Made by a program: the position numbers and the translations under genes
DNA from: Gnetum montanum
Taxonomy: Eukaryota; Plantae; Gnetophyta
Reading direction: 5' to 3'
DNA length: 64,000 bases
NCBI GenBank assembly: GCA_015680685.1
Contig: MNCI01001310.1
Span: 650,976 to 714,975, forward strand
In this document: piece after piece, positions 1 to 14,700 of the stretch
How positions within the stretch are numbered: the stretch's first letter is position 1
How the letters are laid out: each line of letters starts with the position of its first letter
Notes under the pieces: model-generated
The model's database searches: none
Seen by the model: the letters and a program-made list of their open reading frames with translations, nothing else
Told to the model about the DNA's origin: nothing

Positions 1-19
1 AACTCATTCAAGAAGTCAT

Positions 20-1250
20 TCTTTATCATGCATTTCCATTATTGTTTTTTAGCGTATTTACAAGTGTAGGTTATAAATTGACAAATAGCTTCAATTTCTA
101 AGAGCATAATCTTTGCTTCAAAAGGCATAATATCATACTGTGTTTGTCTTTTTACTTTAAATTCATTGAGCAGGAAAAACTTCTGAATTTCTTCCATATG
201 TACTTATTTGATAGAGCAAGACCCAATATAGCATACCCATAAAAAATAGTTGTTTGAACAATGACATGATAAAAACTATTTGTGGATATCCCAAAGTAGA
301 ACATATTCCTTCTTACATTTATTTTTTAAAGCAAAGAAAACTTTCATACCACTTTCAACTCTTTGTGTAATGCATTGATTCCATTTGTAATTGCATGACC
401 ATTCTTGGCCAAGACATTTGTAAGGGGTAGTTACGCCCACATGTTCATTTCCTATAGTAAAATTGTACATTTTATTATGTGTGCCACAAATTTTGATTTT
501 AATTTTGTGGACATTAACTTTCATTATTCAATTTTGACAAAAGTCATCAAGAGTATTTAGCATTTGCTACAATTTTTCAATTGAATTTAAAATAAAGACA
601 ACATCATCAGCATAAAGTAAATTTGATAGGACTACTTCTAATTGTAATTACAAATTGAGTAGGTATTTTATGCATCAACTTTTCAAGTTCATTAGTAAGA
701 TATAGAAAAAAAGGACACCCTTGTTTAACATCAACATAACTATTAAATAAAATTATTTCATGCCTATTTCTAAATTAAATGCATAACTCTTTGTAAAGTT
801 TTTGGAAAACATATAACAGTGTGTTGGGAACTTATAAATTTTCCAAGCACCTTTATAACTTACTCTGAATGACTAAATCATAGGCATTAGAGAAATCTGC
901 AAAGCATATGAAAGTTTTCTTGTATAGAGTTTTTGTTTTATCAATAAGATATTTTGAAGAGATGAGATGATACCCAATAGAGTGTCGCCACCTAAATTCT
1001 ACATGGGAAATTGCATGTATCTGATTTTTAGCCCATATTTTAAGCATAAGTTCTAGAATAATAGTGCCGATTACAATCAATCTGTAATTATCCAGATCTT
1101 TTTTGTCTCTTTTTTTAAAGAGTATAATTGCTTTAATGATGCATCATTCCTTTTCTAACCCTACTTGCATAATCATATATAACTTCTTCTAGATGACATT
1201 TCATACCAATGGCCCTTCTAATTTAAGCATTTCTTCATATAAGTTATTTA
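20..1250 (-). mobile_element. Degenerate non-LTR retrotransposon RT remnant (RTE/CR1-like, distinct from the L1 family below)
   Basis: Minus-strand RT motifs FICFADFSNAYD, VKQGCP, LLYADD and YKCLG, broken by many stops and frameshifts. Confidence 0.75.
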
Positions 1251-2664
1251 CATCAGTAGCTTTTTGTGAATTTTAGCATGATTGCACTTCTTTTTCTCTT
1301 GGATCTGTAAGGAGGCTTGTCAAACTATTCTTGTTATCTGATAGGCTTTTTATTGGTTGTCTTGTTGTGTTTGTGTGTGCGTGTGTTTTTGTTTTAGTTG
1401 CCCCCCCCTAAATGTTAGTTTTTGGGGCTGCATGATTGTTGCTTTGCATTAGAGATGAGAAGAGATGGTTTTATTACAATTGCACAATATGTCTAAGGGT
1501 CTATTAGATGATAAACTTACCTGGCATGAGCAATATTTCAATGGCTTGTAAACACCCTTAAGGAATGGTAGGGTTCAAATTGAAGAAATCAAATAGTGTA
1601 ACTATGCAATATTTGATTTTTTTTTTATTTTGGGTGTAGATTTCCAAAGAAAAACATGTTCGGTCTTCTGCTAATCATTTTCCACAAAGCCTGCAAGTAT
1701 CAAAGAAGACCTATTTTATCAAAAAGTAATAAGAGCCCATTTATTGTGTTACAATACAACTTTCAAGTGTAAAGGGATTGCATAAGATAAATAGTGGGCA
1801 TTATTATGAAAGCCTATCACTCTAGATATACTGCAAGTGAAAGTGTTCTGGCCTCTGTCATTCCATATTCTTTATAATGACTTCTCTTTGATCATCTTGC
1901 TAATATGCTTTACATGTTAAATCCTTCGTTTGGATATTGTATTTTTGGCATCAAGGCTTAATTTGATTGAATTTTCCCCTTTCTTGAGTCGCTAAGCACA
2001 CTTTAATAGATAAATGCTTACAAGGATAATCAAAAATTCTATGGTAAAATAAAATAAATTTACACAATGTTTTAACTTATAGAGGTAAAATATCCACGGT
2101 AGACTGGAAAAGTAAAATATCATATTGAGTTGAGCCTGTATGTCGAATTCAAACAGTAACAATGATTGTTGCACATGTTTTAGCTTTTGCCATAGTTCTG
2201 CAATTGGTTTTATCACTCAAGCTTCCCATACATATACTAGGACTATTACCATAAATGTAGTAAAAACTTGCTTTCAAAGATCCAGGTTCAAATATAGAGT
2301 TTCAATGTGAGCACCCGCATGAAAGCTTAAGTATCAACCCTAGTTTAAATATGCTAGTCTTATCTTATTTAGCAGTAGATTACTGCCAAACTCTTTATGT
2401 TTAGAAGAAACTACAAATCAAGATATTTGTGTTTAAACATTTTGGTAACCTAGGTTTTCATTATCAAAAACTTGGTGCCTTTATCCCATCAACATGGGTT
2501 AACCTGTTAAGGTAGGCAAAGGGTTTGACAATTATTTTTTTTCTATATGGGAAGTATTGACATTTAATAACTTACATTAAATTGAGTCCTCTTTGTTATT
2601 TCTTTCCATGTCTTGAATGACTATTACAATTTGTTAATGGTTTCTTAAAGATTTTTTGTCAAAG

Positions 2665-2784
2665 GTCTTAAACAGGGATATGAGTTACTTTGAAAGTGCT
2701 GGAGGCAACTTCACTGGAGATATTGCCTACAGGCTCACAGCTGAAGCTAAAGACACTGCTGACACAGTATACACACTTCTTCAG
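2665..2784 (+). CDS. ABCB29: ABCB29 exon (TM domain): [40 protein letters not shown]
   Basis: Open frame with the conserved GDIAYRxTAEA motif. Donor CAG|GTATGT at 2785. The acceptor is either AAAG|2665 or AAAG|2651; both keep the frame. Confidence 0.85.
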
Positions 2785-5700
2785 GTATGTCTTGCTTCTA
2801 AGATGGTTCTTTGATGATCTTTAATATATGTATAGGAATAGATTTTTAAAGACATCATGAGCTGTAAAAGCCTGAAAGCTGATGATGTTTATAACAGTTA
2901 TTAGTTGTTGCGAAGAGCCTAAGTCTTTTTGCTTATTTCTACGTCAGCTATGTTCACAAATTTTTTAGTTTCGTCTGTTTGTCTTGTCAAAGTATGTATT
3001 GTTTATTTGTTGGGTTCTATTATTTTTTCTTCTTCCATTCCTTATATTCTCCCCTGGAACTAACTGTGGTTATCCAAAACCGTATAAGCACGGTTTCCCA
3101 ATGCTTCAGGCTAGTGTCGTTGTATCACATAACAACATATGACTATAATAATACATGTGAAAAAATGTTAATTAAACTGTGCAAACAACTTTGTGATCAA
3201 GTGTTTGATACCAGGTGGCAAGCTGAATTTCAGTCCGTTATATTTCGCTATATTGGCAGTGATAATTCCTAGAGTTGACTACCAGGGCTGTATGTAAGGA
3301 CAGTGTACATTTCTAAGTTAGTGGATTCTCACATGGATACTTCAACAATCCCCCATATGAAATCTCTCAAAATTATGTACGTTGACAAGATCCTGAAATT
3401 GTCAATGCCTTGTTTTAGCTAAACCTGACTCGGTATAATTGATTCAAAATTAAAGTGACTGTTCATCCCATTAGTCTGAAGCTGGTGTGGAATAAGTTGC
3501 TAGGACCTGTCATTGTGTTGTCAGCAGGCAGTTGTGTCCAATAAGAGCTGATTGAATTTTACAGCAATGCTATAACAGGTAAAAGTTGAAACCATGGTAG
3601 GCAGCAGCAGCCACAGGACATCTGCATAATAATGCTAGGAACTTTTAGAGTTTTCAAAAGTACCAATTTACACTATTAGAGTTTCAAATATTCTCTTTCC
3701 CATGTTTATGTAGCTTCAATAAAATGCCAATGACTTGATGCAAGGCATTAAGGCATGTCAATTAGGAGCTCCTATGGTTCATATGATGAAGTTGATGCGG
3801 AATGGCTTTAGGGGAAGATGGACCATGAGTGGAATCAATGTCAGGAATGCCATTGTAGTAGGCACCCTAACAAGGGCATTGTTTGTTGAGATGCCAGTAA
3901 GCATGGCATCCTGGCCCAGCTTGGCCAAATGGAAGTGGACCATTGGCTGAAGTTGTCCCAACTTCAATGACAGTTGGCCTGTTGATCTCAACACCTTTAG
4001 AAAAACAAGCTATTACAACATTAAACAATGCAGAATCTTGCATTTTTTAGTGGTTTACCATCTCATCATAATTTGCCAGAGCATTGAAAGGACCTTCCTC
4101 AGGACAAAACCCCTACGACAGCATCTGGAAGTTGCTTGTTGGAAATAATTTGAGGACTTTTTGGAAATTCGTAGGGTTTGGCAACACAAATGGGCCAGGA
4201 ACTTTAGAGAGATAGCTATATAGATATGTCTCAAAAATTGAACCTAGAGTGTTATCCTTCTGTGATAGTGAATATTTTGGTTCCTAAATTGTAGAGTAAT
4301 CACTTCCTTAGAGCTGCTTCATTGTTGGTGCCCTAGGTCATGCCATTTACCCACAATCTTATCTTTGAGTTGTTGCTTAATGTGTCGTTGAGTTTGGCTT
4401 GTGATGAGAGCATTTTCTACCCATTTTGCCGATTTTCTGTAGTAGCTATTACAGGTGAGGAATGACCGCAGAAACATCCTGGAAAGGCCTTGCATAACTC
4501 CATTTCATTGGTGGAACAGTCTTGATTTGTTGATGACTGGGGCTAGAATAATATAGTGGAATCACTATTGTTCTCCTTTCTCCTACGGCTGACCTTTAAA
4601 TATAACCTTTTGCTTAAATTGGTTAACATAATGTTTTATAAATCATAAAATATAGGATTGGAGTATAGTTAGGAATGCTTGTGATTGTTTTTTCTTCTTT
4701 TGGAGAAAAATCTGAGATGTATTAATGCAAAACAAAAAAAAAAGTTGTACAATTTTATAGCTTGGGCTAGCATCATTTGGCCCCATTCCCCACAGATTGT
4801 CAGGATTTCCTCCCCTAACCCTTGCGCATTGCGATATGCCCCCAAGGAAAATACTCCTAGCCTCAAGGACCCATCAATCTCATGAACCCTACCCTACGCC
4901 CTAGTCCATTTCATGGGTGTCCCAGGATCACCCAGCAGTAGAGCCCTTGCCCTTGCCCTTTTGTTTTGCAGCACTCTCCACTGTGTTACTTGATCCCTTG
5001 CTCTTCGAAACCCTCTCTTTGTCCATGGTCTGAGAGACCTCCTTCTTTTCTACAGCCTACGACATTGTAGTTAATGGTGTTTGCCAACCCTCCTGCGTTT
5101 GGCTCGTTGCCATCTGTTGCTTGTTCTCCTTTATTAGGTGTGTAAGTTTTGCCTGGTAGCCCTTCACCATATTCTCCATCCATTGTAGATCCTGGATCCT
5201 ACAGCCTCCTCTTGCATATCTTGCCACCGCGACTGCCATGCTGCCCTTTCCTCCTATTGAGCGTGTTTTGCTGCGATGTGGCATGCCTCCTTGACATCTA
5301 GGGGATCCTGTCGTTGTTCGGATGTCGTCTCCCTTATTGACCTTGGTTGCACGTTTCTTCCCAGCCCAAGGGGGTCTTGCCATTAGCTGTCGCTTTAGAC
5401 CCAGTAGCCGTTTGCGCTTGTGTGCCAAGAACTTGCCTACACTGCTGTTGGTAAACTAGTTGGGGCTCTAGTGGCAAGATCATCGTCCCCGACCTCCAGA
5501 GTGCCAGAATCACCCCCAAGTGCCACCTTGGCTATCACCTTTGTAGTGAGTCCTAGAAGAATTGGGGCAAATTGACTAGGATGCCATGCTTCATGCACTG
5601 CAAAAAGGTGAAATGGACACCCATGGGCTTGTGAGGGTACCTAGATTGGACGAAGTATCGCTCCACAAAGATCGCCGCATCCGGCCATATGCCCTCCAAC

Positions 5701-8700
5701 GTTGACTTGCAGATGTGTTCGTTGCCTGTTTGGTTAATCGTGTCTTGGAAGAACTCTGCGGCATTAGTTTGGGCATGGGCCACTGGTGCAATCATCTCCC
5801 CCTCAGTAGGAACTCCCAACACCTCTGCCAAGACCCCCTTAGTAACCCTGATCTGCCTTGTTTGGAATTGCGTTTCTTCGCCCACCCAATTGTTGAAAAC
5901 GTTCGTCGTGGAAAGCCCTGGTTCCCCCTTGATGCGTTTTAGCATGTTGGCCCAACCCATTTGCTCCACTAACGCCTGGAGGTTTGTGTGCCCCGCAAAA
6001 TCAGTCCACACTGGCTCAAACAGTTGTCCCTGTCCCATTGTTGCAATTGCGTCGGCCCACAGCTGGTGCCCAACCTTTGCCACATTTGATGGTGATGGCA
6101 ATGCTTTTCTGCGGAAAACAAGGTGGTTCCTAGTTTTCCGGGCCATCCATAAAGTAGCCAATGTGGCAGAGTCCCCATGTATTGTCATTACTGGCACAAG
6201 GTTAGCCTTTTGCCATATGGCCTGCATAAACTGACACTCGTATATAAAGTGGTCCAGCGTCTCGGGCTTTGTAGCACACATAGGGTAGATAGCACTCACA
6301 TGCACCCCCTGCTCCCGTAAAATTGTCCTTAGAGGTAGTGCTCTATGTTTTAATAGCCAACCAAATGCTTTGATCTTTTTTGGTAGTCCACCCCTCTAGA
6401 CCTCATTCCATTCGTCCGTTGGCAGGTGTAGTGACTTAATCACCTCTTTTGGGTGTTTCCCTAGCAGGTCCTTGGCCTCCATTACTCTAGCATGATTGCA
6501 CATGTTCCTCCAAAGTTGTGAGCTGCTCGTATCGGCCTCCCAATTGCTATATTTCTGTCTCAAGAGTTGCACCCAAGGTGTCGTCCCATTTGTTTGACCT
6601 AAGAACCTATTAACTAGCCTGTGCAGACCCAGAGTAACCTCGTCTTGGAAAGGCAGGAGCCCAATTCCCCCCGCTGATTTTGGGCATGCCGTCCAAGCCC
6701 AGTAAACCAAATGAAGCTTATTACCCCCTTTTCCCCTAGACCACACAAACCTTCAAATAAGTCGGTCAATTTTCTGCATAACTCCAGCTGGCGGAACCGC
6801 CATTGAAGCCATGAACTTGGTGGTTGATGCTAGCACCATCTTTCCTTTGTGAGATAGAAAACGGCTAGTCCAACGTGTGCTTTTTTCCTATAGCCGCTCA
6901 ATGAGCCCTAGCCACATCCTCTACTTCTGCTAATCAAATATTGGCATTCCTAGATATTTCCTTTGTAACTGGCCTAGCAGGATCCCTAGCAGTTGAACAA
7001 TCCTTCCCCCCATAGTCCCCTCTATGTTGATAAAGTGGATGGTTGATTTACCTTTGTTTATCTCGAGCCCCACCTCACATTGCATTCTTTTGAGTGCCCT
7101 CTTTAGAGTTGTCGCCTGCAACACATCTGCTCTAGTGAATAGGATCATGTTGTCGGCGTAATATGCTAACAAACATTGGACCCCATAGATGTTCAGCCCC
7201 TGCATACCTTCAACGAGGCCATGACTTTGAAGCAAATCCATCACCATGATAAAAACAACAACAATGACAAGGGGTCTCCCTGTCGTAGCCCTCTCTTCGG
7301 CCCTTGGAAACCCCAAAGTCTCCCGTCAATATCAAAAGAATATCGACTATCTCTTTGCATTTGGGTACATAGGTTAACAAACTTGGGGTCAAAACCCTTC
7401 ACTAACATAATCTCTCTATGCGTTGTACAACTCACTATGTGATATGCCTTAGCAATGTCCAACTTAATGCACATTCCCAAAAAATTGGCCCGTTTGAGAG
7501 AGTGTAGAATCTCCTACAACATCAAGATTTGATCTTGCAAAATACGGCCTTTGACAAATCCAACTTGGTGTTCGCCCACCAATTTTTTCATCAACGGTGC
7601 CAAACAACTGACCAGTATTTTAGAAAATAGGCACAACAAAGTATTGCATACACCAGTAGGTCGGAAATGAGTCGGCAAGGTCGGATGGGGCACTTTAGGT
7701 AATAGCATGATTCGCAAGCAGTTGATCTCCCTTTTGACCTGTTGCCAACTGAGCATGCAATTAAAGGCGTCTACTAGATTTTCCCCCATGATGTCTTCAA
7801 ATGCTTGAAAGAATTCTATAGGCCACCCATTCGGCCTTGGCGCCTTGTTGGTTTGCATTGACGTCATTGCAGCAAGCAACTCTGACCTTGAAAATGGCCG
7901 AAGTAGGTTCTGGTTATCAGCCACCGAGAGGACCCGCAGCACCGAAATGGAGATTTTCCTCGATTCTTGCCAATGCCAGATGTCCCCCAAAATTTGCATA
8001 GCCCCTACAACCTCCGCAAGCCTCGATCCGGCCCTTCTCCAATAGTGCCCTCAAGCAAACCTTGCAACTTCATCTTTGTGGCCCGTTTTTCTTTGGCTGT
8101 GGCAAAGAAGAAGCGTGTGTGCCTGTCTCTCTCCTACAACCAAGTGATTCAAGAGTGTTGTCTTCAATAGCCTTCCTCCTCTCTATCTAGCTCCTGAAGC
8201 TCCCATAGTAGTTCCTGCTCCTCGTCTCACAAGTTTGCCCCTATTTCTTGCAATCCTCGTATCTTGCGCAGCCTCTTTTGTACCCATTTCCTATACCCTC
8301 TGAAGCCATTTTTTTTGCTTGAAGTCTTGGCCTTGATCTATTGTTTTAATAGTCAAAGGCCATTTTTCACCAAAATCTTTGGGTTCTTGGTCCTCCACAA
8401 AGCTTTGCCAAATAGTAATACCCATTCATAGGGAGCAAGAGCTAGCACCTGAAGCGCCCCAGAAAGAAAGCTAGTTGAAGGAAGAAAATGCCCAGGTGGC
8501 TTTCTTTCTACAACAATCAAACTAACATTAACCTATAAAATTAAAACGAAATCAACAACGCTTGGATCTAGCTCTAAAATAGGTCAATCAATATTAATTT
8601 TAAGAATTAAGAGATAATTTTATAAAGAAATGGCCATATTAAAATATTTGTGCAAGATTCATTAGATTAAAAAAAAATTCAAACTTTTTCTTTATTCAAC

Positions 8701-11700
8701 ATCAAAGGAAATATCTAATTAGGATCATTTACACATTTGTAAACCAAAGAAATGACCACAAAAGTAGATAAATTAATAATCTCAGATTTGTTCAATCACA
8801 TAATAATATTTTATAATTTCTAGCAACACACAAAACAAAATTATTTGAATTTAACTTCTGTAACCATTTTACCTTTAATCATTTAATCAGGAAATTCATA
8901 TGTTCAATAGCAAAGAATAAATATATCACAACCATAAATTAACATTCTAAGTTTTCCTCCACTCCATCAACTTATAGAAAGATATCAAAATCAGACTTGA
9001 GAAGGTATAAGAAAAAAAGTATAATTCAAGATTCAGATTCAAGATTTATGCATTCAATTCATCAACCAAATTCTAAGCAAAACTCAAAGAATTCAACAAT
9101 TTTAAAACATTCACAATTATCCATGGGCCCAAGGATACTCTCAGTTTTTGTTGGTGGTACCAATCCTCATATTAGAGATCCTTGGCCCTTGTTGGCAATA
9201 TTTTGGCAAAAATGCCCCAAATTGTTATGGGTGTTTTTGAATCGTTATAGAAACAACTCTCATCCAAGTCATTTATGTGTGAGAGTGTAGAGGATGGGTG
9301 GAGAGATCCAAAAAAAGTAATAAAGGTTTCAACAATCTAAGCTTACAACAACATTCTTGATAATTTCATATAAGCATTGTAAAGGTGGTTAGGCAAGTAA
9401 GAAGAGAGAAGCTTGAGAAAATTAGCCATTGCTGGCCATTATCAAACATAACATAGATGGATCATTTTACCTCCTTGCTTAGATATCTTGCTTACTAGGA
9501 GGAATTACCAAAATATTGGATTGCTATGTAGCTCTTGTTTTCTTTCTCCTTGCTATCTCCTATAGCAACTGCAGTCTTCTCTCCCTTCCCAGCCACACTC
9601 CTTGTTGCTGTATCCTGCCTTTTTTTTTGTTTTGCTCAGCTACTTTTGCCTTGTGTGTTTTTTTCCTCTTATCCTCTCCCTATTTGTAGGTGGAATAAGG
9701 GATAATGGATGGTTTCTTGTAACTCACTTCTTTGGAACTGTTTGTATTCTTTTCTTTCTTTTTAAAGTTCTCTCTCTCTTTTTTTTCAGTAGTGAGTCAT
9801 GAGTTCAATTCTCTTCATGATCACTATAAAAAAAATCAATAAAATATGTATATTCACAGGTTGTAGGTTCAATTCCTAAATCAACAATTTTTGATATTTT
9901 AGAATTCAGATTTTGTTAGATCTCAGGTTCAATTCTTCTTGATAATTAGAAAACATTTCATCATAATATCTATCTCTTTATCATTTAGAATTGTCATAAG
10001 ATGCAAGGAAAGAGTTTTCAAGATAGATTCATGATAAGGTTAGTTCAGGATACACAATCAAATAAAGCACCTTCTTTTTCAGGTCATCTATGATGTGAAT
10101 TTTCCCACTGTCTTACAAGCCTTGAAAGGTCATCATGTGACCTTTCTACAGCCATGGAGAGGGTACTTATACTCTACTATTTTAAACTAAAAAGAGCAAT
10201 GCATCACATTTAGATAAAATAAAAAAATAAAAAAAAATAAAATATAAAGCTATGGTATTTGCACACAATATTTTTGATTCATGGGTTAGGTTCCTCCAAC
10301 TTGATTCATAGGTGAAGTTCCTCAATATGAGCATTCTTTTGCATCTCAACATACCTGTTTTAACTCTTGAGGCACACCTTAGAGTATTGTCCTCTATTTT
10401 TCTTTTGTTTCTCAGCATCTTTGTTGAAATAGAACAGAAAATATTTTGTTTTCCCATATATTTATTATTCTTATTATGTTAAAACATTTCCAGCATGTAT
10501 TTTAAAGCATATTTCTTATGCATAAAGTATTTAAACATTTAATCATAATACATATAAAATTTTGGGCAACAAATTTATTATTATTCCAATTAGCCATTGC
10601 CACCATAGTCTAAACAAAGCACACACACAAGTTGTCAATAAAATATGCACACAAACACACAAAATGACTATTACAATCATTAACGCAAAAACTCAAGGAG
10701 AAGTGGTTCATTACAAATGGCCTCAACCAAGGCTTGTCCAACTAGGTACGTTTGAAATGAAAGGGCCGGGGAGCCTGACCCCGATCAGACCGAAATAGGC
10801 ATAAAATGGATCTATGATCTGATGCTTGTCTCTCTTTCCCTTGGGCATGAATGTCAAACTCTAGCATAAGACGTGTACTGACCTAGACCCACTCTATTTG
10901 AGATTGGACGTGGTCAGGCCCCCTTCTCTGATTGCTCCAGGTATATTTGCATCTTGCAACCTCTAGGTCCACAAGATCATAATCCTAGATGAAGCCTGCA
11001 CAGTCCATGGCCCCTAGGGGATTTGCACTATCCCCCCCTTATTTTTTCCTTAGTAATGTAAATGCTGGTTAAAATCCCCAATGAGCATCCACTTGGCATT
11101 GTCGGGGATTAAACAAGCAACCCACCTCAACTCTTGCACATGTACCTCCCAGTTTTGTGCCCTGTAGATATTTGTTTGCTAGAAGTCCTCCAGGAGCACG
11201 TGGATAGTTTGACTCCAATGTGACTTGTCCACCAATCTAATTGGGACCTTAGCCAAAACTGCTAAACCTCTTGCATGGCCCTTGCATGGTATCATTTGTA
11301 GGTGCCATTTGTCCCATTGCAGCAGTCTCCTCTCTGACGCCTGTAGTTTTGTCTCTTGTAAACATACCACGTCACATCCCTCCTCCCTAACAATCATTCT
11401 CAGGGTATTTCGTTTGTACGGGGTACCTTGTCCCCTACAGTTCCAAGGTAGGACTTTCATGGGGAGATAGACATATGTTTGTGGTACACCTCGTTGAGTG
11501 TCTATTGCACTCCCAAATCAACGTCCAACTGTGTAGATTTCTTTTGCATTGCGACGTTTCAAGGTGACCAACCTTGCCCCCAAACGGGGTAACCAATGTG
11601 GAATACTTGTGATTGTTAAGATCAATGAAGCAACATTATTAAGGGCCCATTACATACATGGAATAAATTGCTTTATTGTACCAACCCATTTCTAATATTG

Positions 11701-14700
11701 ATTTTGCAGCTTTTAATCTTACTGGTTTAAAAATGATCGAAGATGATTTGAAGAAACTACAAGTAAACAAATATCTAGCTCTTTATAGAAGTGAATGGTG
11801 AAAAAGAACTCATGTAGCCAACCCCATTTTTTTGGGACAAGGCTAAGATGATGATGATGATTTTCTTTCCCAGCTATTTTTCCCGATCACCACAAACTCT
11901 AGTTTTATTTCAATCCTTTCAAGAATCCAGTGATTTTTTTTCCTTCCAAAAATTAAAGAGTACCTATGGCTAGCAATGCACTCCAAATTTTATTGGATCT
12001 TGTGTTCAGCCAATTTGTGTCCAAAAGAATTTTCTTTATAAATATAACTTCATTACTATATTTCTATAAATAGCATATTGGTTAAAGTTATAGATCATAC
12101 TTCTGTGCCTTGGTCTTGAACTCCACTTAGAAGTCCAGGCTGCCTTGTCATAGATTATAGCAATGCAATAACCATCATGAGGAAAATTGAAATCAGAGTT
12201 CATCCAACAAATCTTTGCTAAGCTTCTTCCCCTTTGCACAAGTCCTTCAAAAGTCTTTCAGTTTCTTTTATTTCAGGTTTGAAAGATTACATGTGCTAGC
12301 AGAGCACTCCAAATTTTATTAATGTGTTGAGTTCCACTGATCCAAGTATAAGTTGCTACAAGATCTATATATTTTGTCATAATAAAATGCTGATTTGTAG
12401 CTTTCTAAAATTTGTTCCAAATATAGGTAATTGTAGGGTAGTGTAAAAATATATGATTACCATCTTTAGAAGCATTGACATTAGAAAATTTCGACAATAG
12501 ATAATTTGTTGGTAGCGCAAAACATAATCTCTCCATTTCTAGCTTTCTATTTAATTAAATATCCTACAGATTCAATCATCATAGTAGAAAGAAAGGTGAT
12601 ATACAGTCTCCTTGTCTTTAATCCATTGCTGCTATGAAATCTTTCTTGTGCTTCCGTATTAATGAACATTAAAAATGTGTTAAAATGAAGCCAGATCTTT
12701 GTACTTTGAAAAGTTCTTGCAACAGAAAGTTCTCAATCCTTCTAATACTTAAAGTTATTTTTGTAATGTTATCTTTATGATGTAAAGAGGAAGCTAGAAT
12801 GTTCTAGATAAATCTGAAACAATAATTTTAGAAAGTTCTAGTGGGTTGTAGAAACCCTTTTGGGAGGGTTATAAAGGAAGATTGGTTGTATGTGTTTGGT
12901 ATGCTTGTTGGGGGTTGGATGACTAATGTACATGGAGATTGGTTTGCCTTGGTTTGCTTTATTACAAGAGCTTTACACTACTTTGTTGTGGTTTTTCCTT
13001 TGTGGGGGTTCCACATAAATCTTGGTGTGTTGTTTCTCATTTTATGCTTTTCAATTTTCTTTTTAGAACTTTATTTAGCAGTATTTTACAAGACCCAATA
13101 TCAAAGTGGTAATTAAGAAGCAATAGAGCATTAAGCATAGATAGGCCAGTACATGTACAAACTAGGGTGTTTGGAAGATTTTGAAGGACATTCTTTGCCA
13201 AAAGGAGTGTGCTATTGTATTGCAAATAAAGGATGAGTCAAAGGTTGCTTCAGGGTTGTTTGATGCAGATTGGCTCAAGAAGAATTTGGATGGAGAATAC
13301 AAAAGACTTGATAAAAAATGTTTTCTTTGATAAGGCCATGTTTGGGCAATGGAATTTTTCAGTCTCAAAGTTTAGTTTATTCAACACATGAACTTTGGCA
13401 TATTTTGAAGCAATGATATGATTAGCCAACAAGTGTGAATTAGTATTATAGGGTTTTTAAGATGAAAATGAAGGCATATGGCTGTAGGCCCATTTGGATT
13501 AAATGTATGGTTTATTTGTGTAGTTAGACAATCTAAACGTAACATTTGAAGAAAATTTTAAGGGTTATTGTAGTTCTTAGTTATCTAATAGATTCATGGA
13601 AGACAATTTGTATGGCATTGATGATAGCTTCCAATAGCATGTCGAGTTTGAATTTAGTTATCTAGAAGTTGTTAGATGCAAATAAATCTAGGGTTATTGA
13701 ATTTGTAGTGCCCCACATTTGCACATGTGACCGTAGTACTTTATTAGATACTTAGAATTAAATTAGCTTATAAACATTTTTGGTATATTTGCCTAATACA
13801 TCTAAGTAATATGAATATTTTTGTTTGGATGACATAAGTAAGCTCACGATTTACTTCTAATTGCTTTTTGATTATTTATTATTTCAAGTTATATATAGAT
13901 ACTTGTCGACAAAAGAGCATGACAAAGTTTAACATTATTTTAGAATTAATGCTTTTGGATCCATGGTTTATTTTGACTTTTAGTTAGAATAATTTTAATG
14001 TTAAAAAAATTATTTTTAATCACTTGTGCTATGAATTGTGTAAAATAAGATGAAATGAATTTTATCATCGACAATGTGCTTCATATTGATGGCTGAAAAA
14101 GAGGCAAAGGACTCATTGAGAGTCTCTTAAGTGTTCTCATTTTCACTCCCATGCTCTCTTGAGTGATGCATTCTCACACAACCACTCCCATGTGACCCTC
14201 TTGAATGATGTCATTCTCACACAACCACTCCCATGTGACTATCTTGAGTGTTGTCACTTTCACCTAAGCACTACCATTTGACTTTCTTGAATGTTGTTGT
14301 AACCCACCCTATGTGATTTGTGAGTGTTGTCACTTTTACAACCACTCCTATGTGACTTTCTTGAGTGTTGTCACTCTCACCTCAACTAGTCCCTCATGAG
14401 AGCTTGTTTATCAAAGATGCCATGAATTAAAAGAAAAGATAGTTGGTGAGTGGGTCTATTAGGTAGACTTTTGCGTCCAAGCCATATAGTGTCCTTCATC
14501 CTATAAATAGAAGGGTGGGTTTGCTCTCAAACACACCTTTGCCTAAGAGAAGGGGACATTTGCCCAAAGAGAAGGAGACTATGCTAATTTGAGGTGTGAG
14601 GAATTGAGGAGGGAAGGAAAGTGGTTGTTTCTTACTTGTTCTCAGCCATTTCTTGGATTTTCTTGAGTGTTCTTGTAGGCTCTTGGGAGGTTGATTTTGC

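Noticed and set aside
9795-9940. Three (G/A)GTTCAATTC B-box-like motifs suggesting tRNA genes
   Set aside because: No cloverleaf or matching A-box could be built, and they lie inside an LTR-like insertion.
14144-14390. Regularly spaced repeats resembling a CRISPR array
   Set aside because: The units are contiguous degenerate tandem repeats without unique spacers, there are no cas genes, and the context is eukaryotic.
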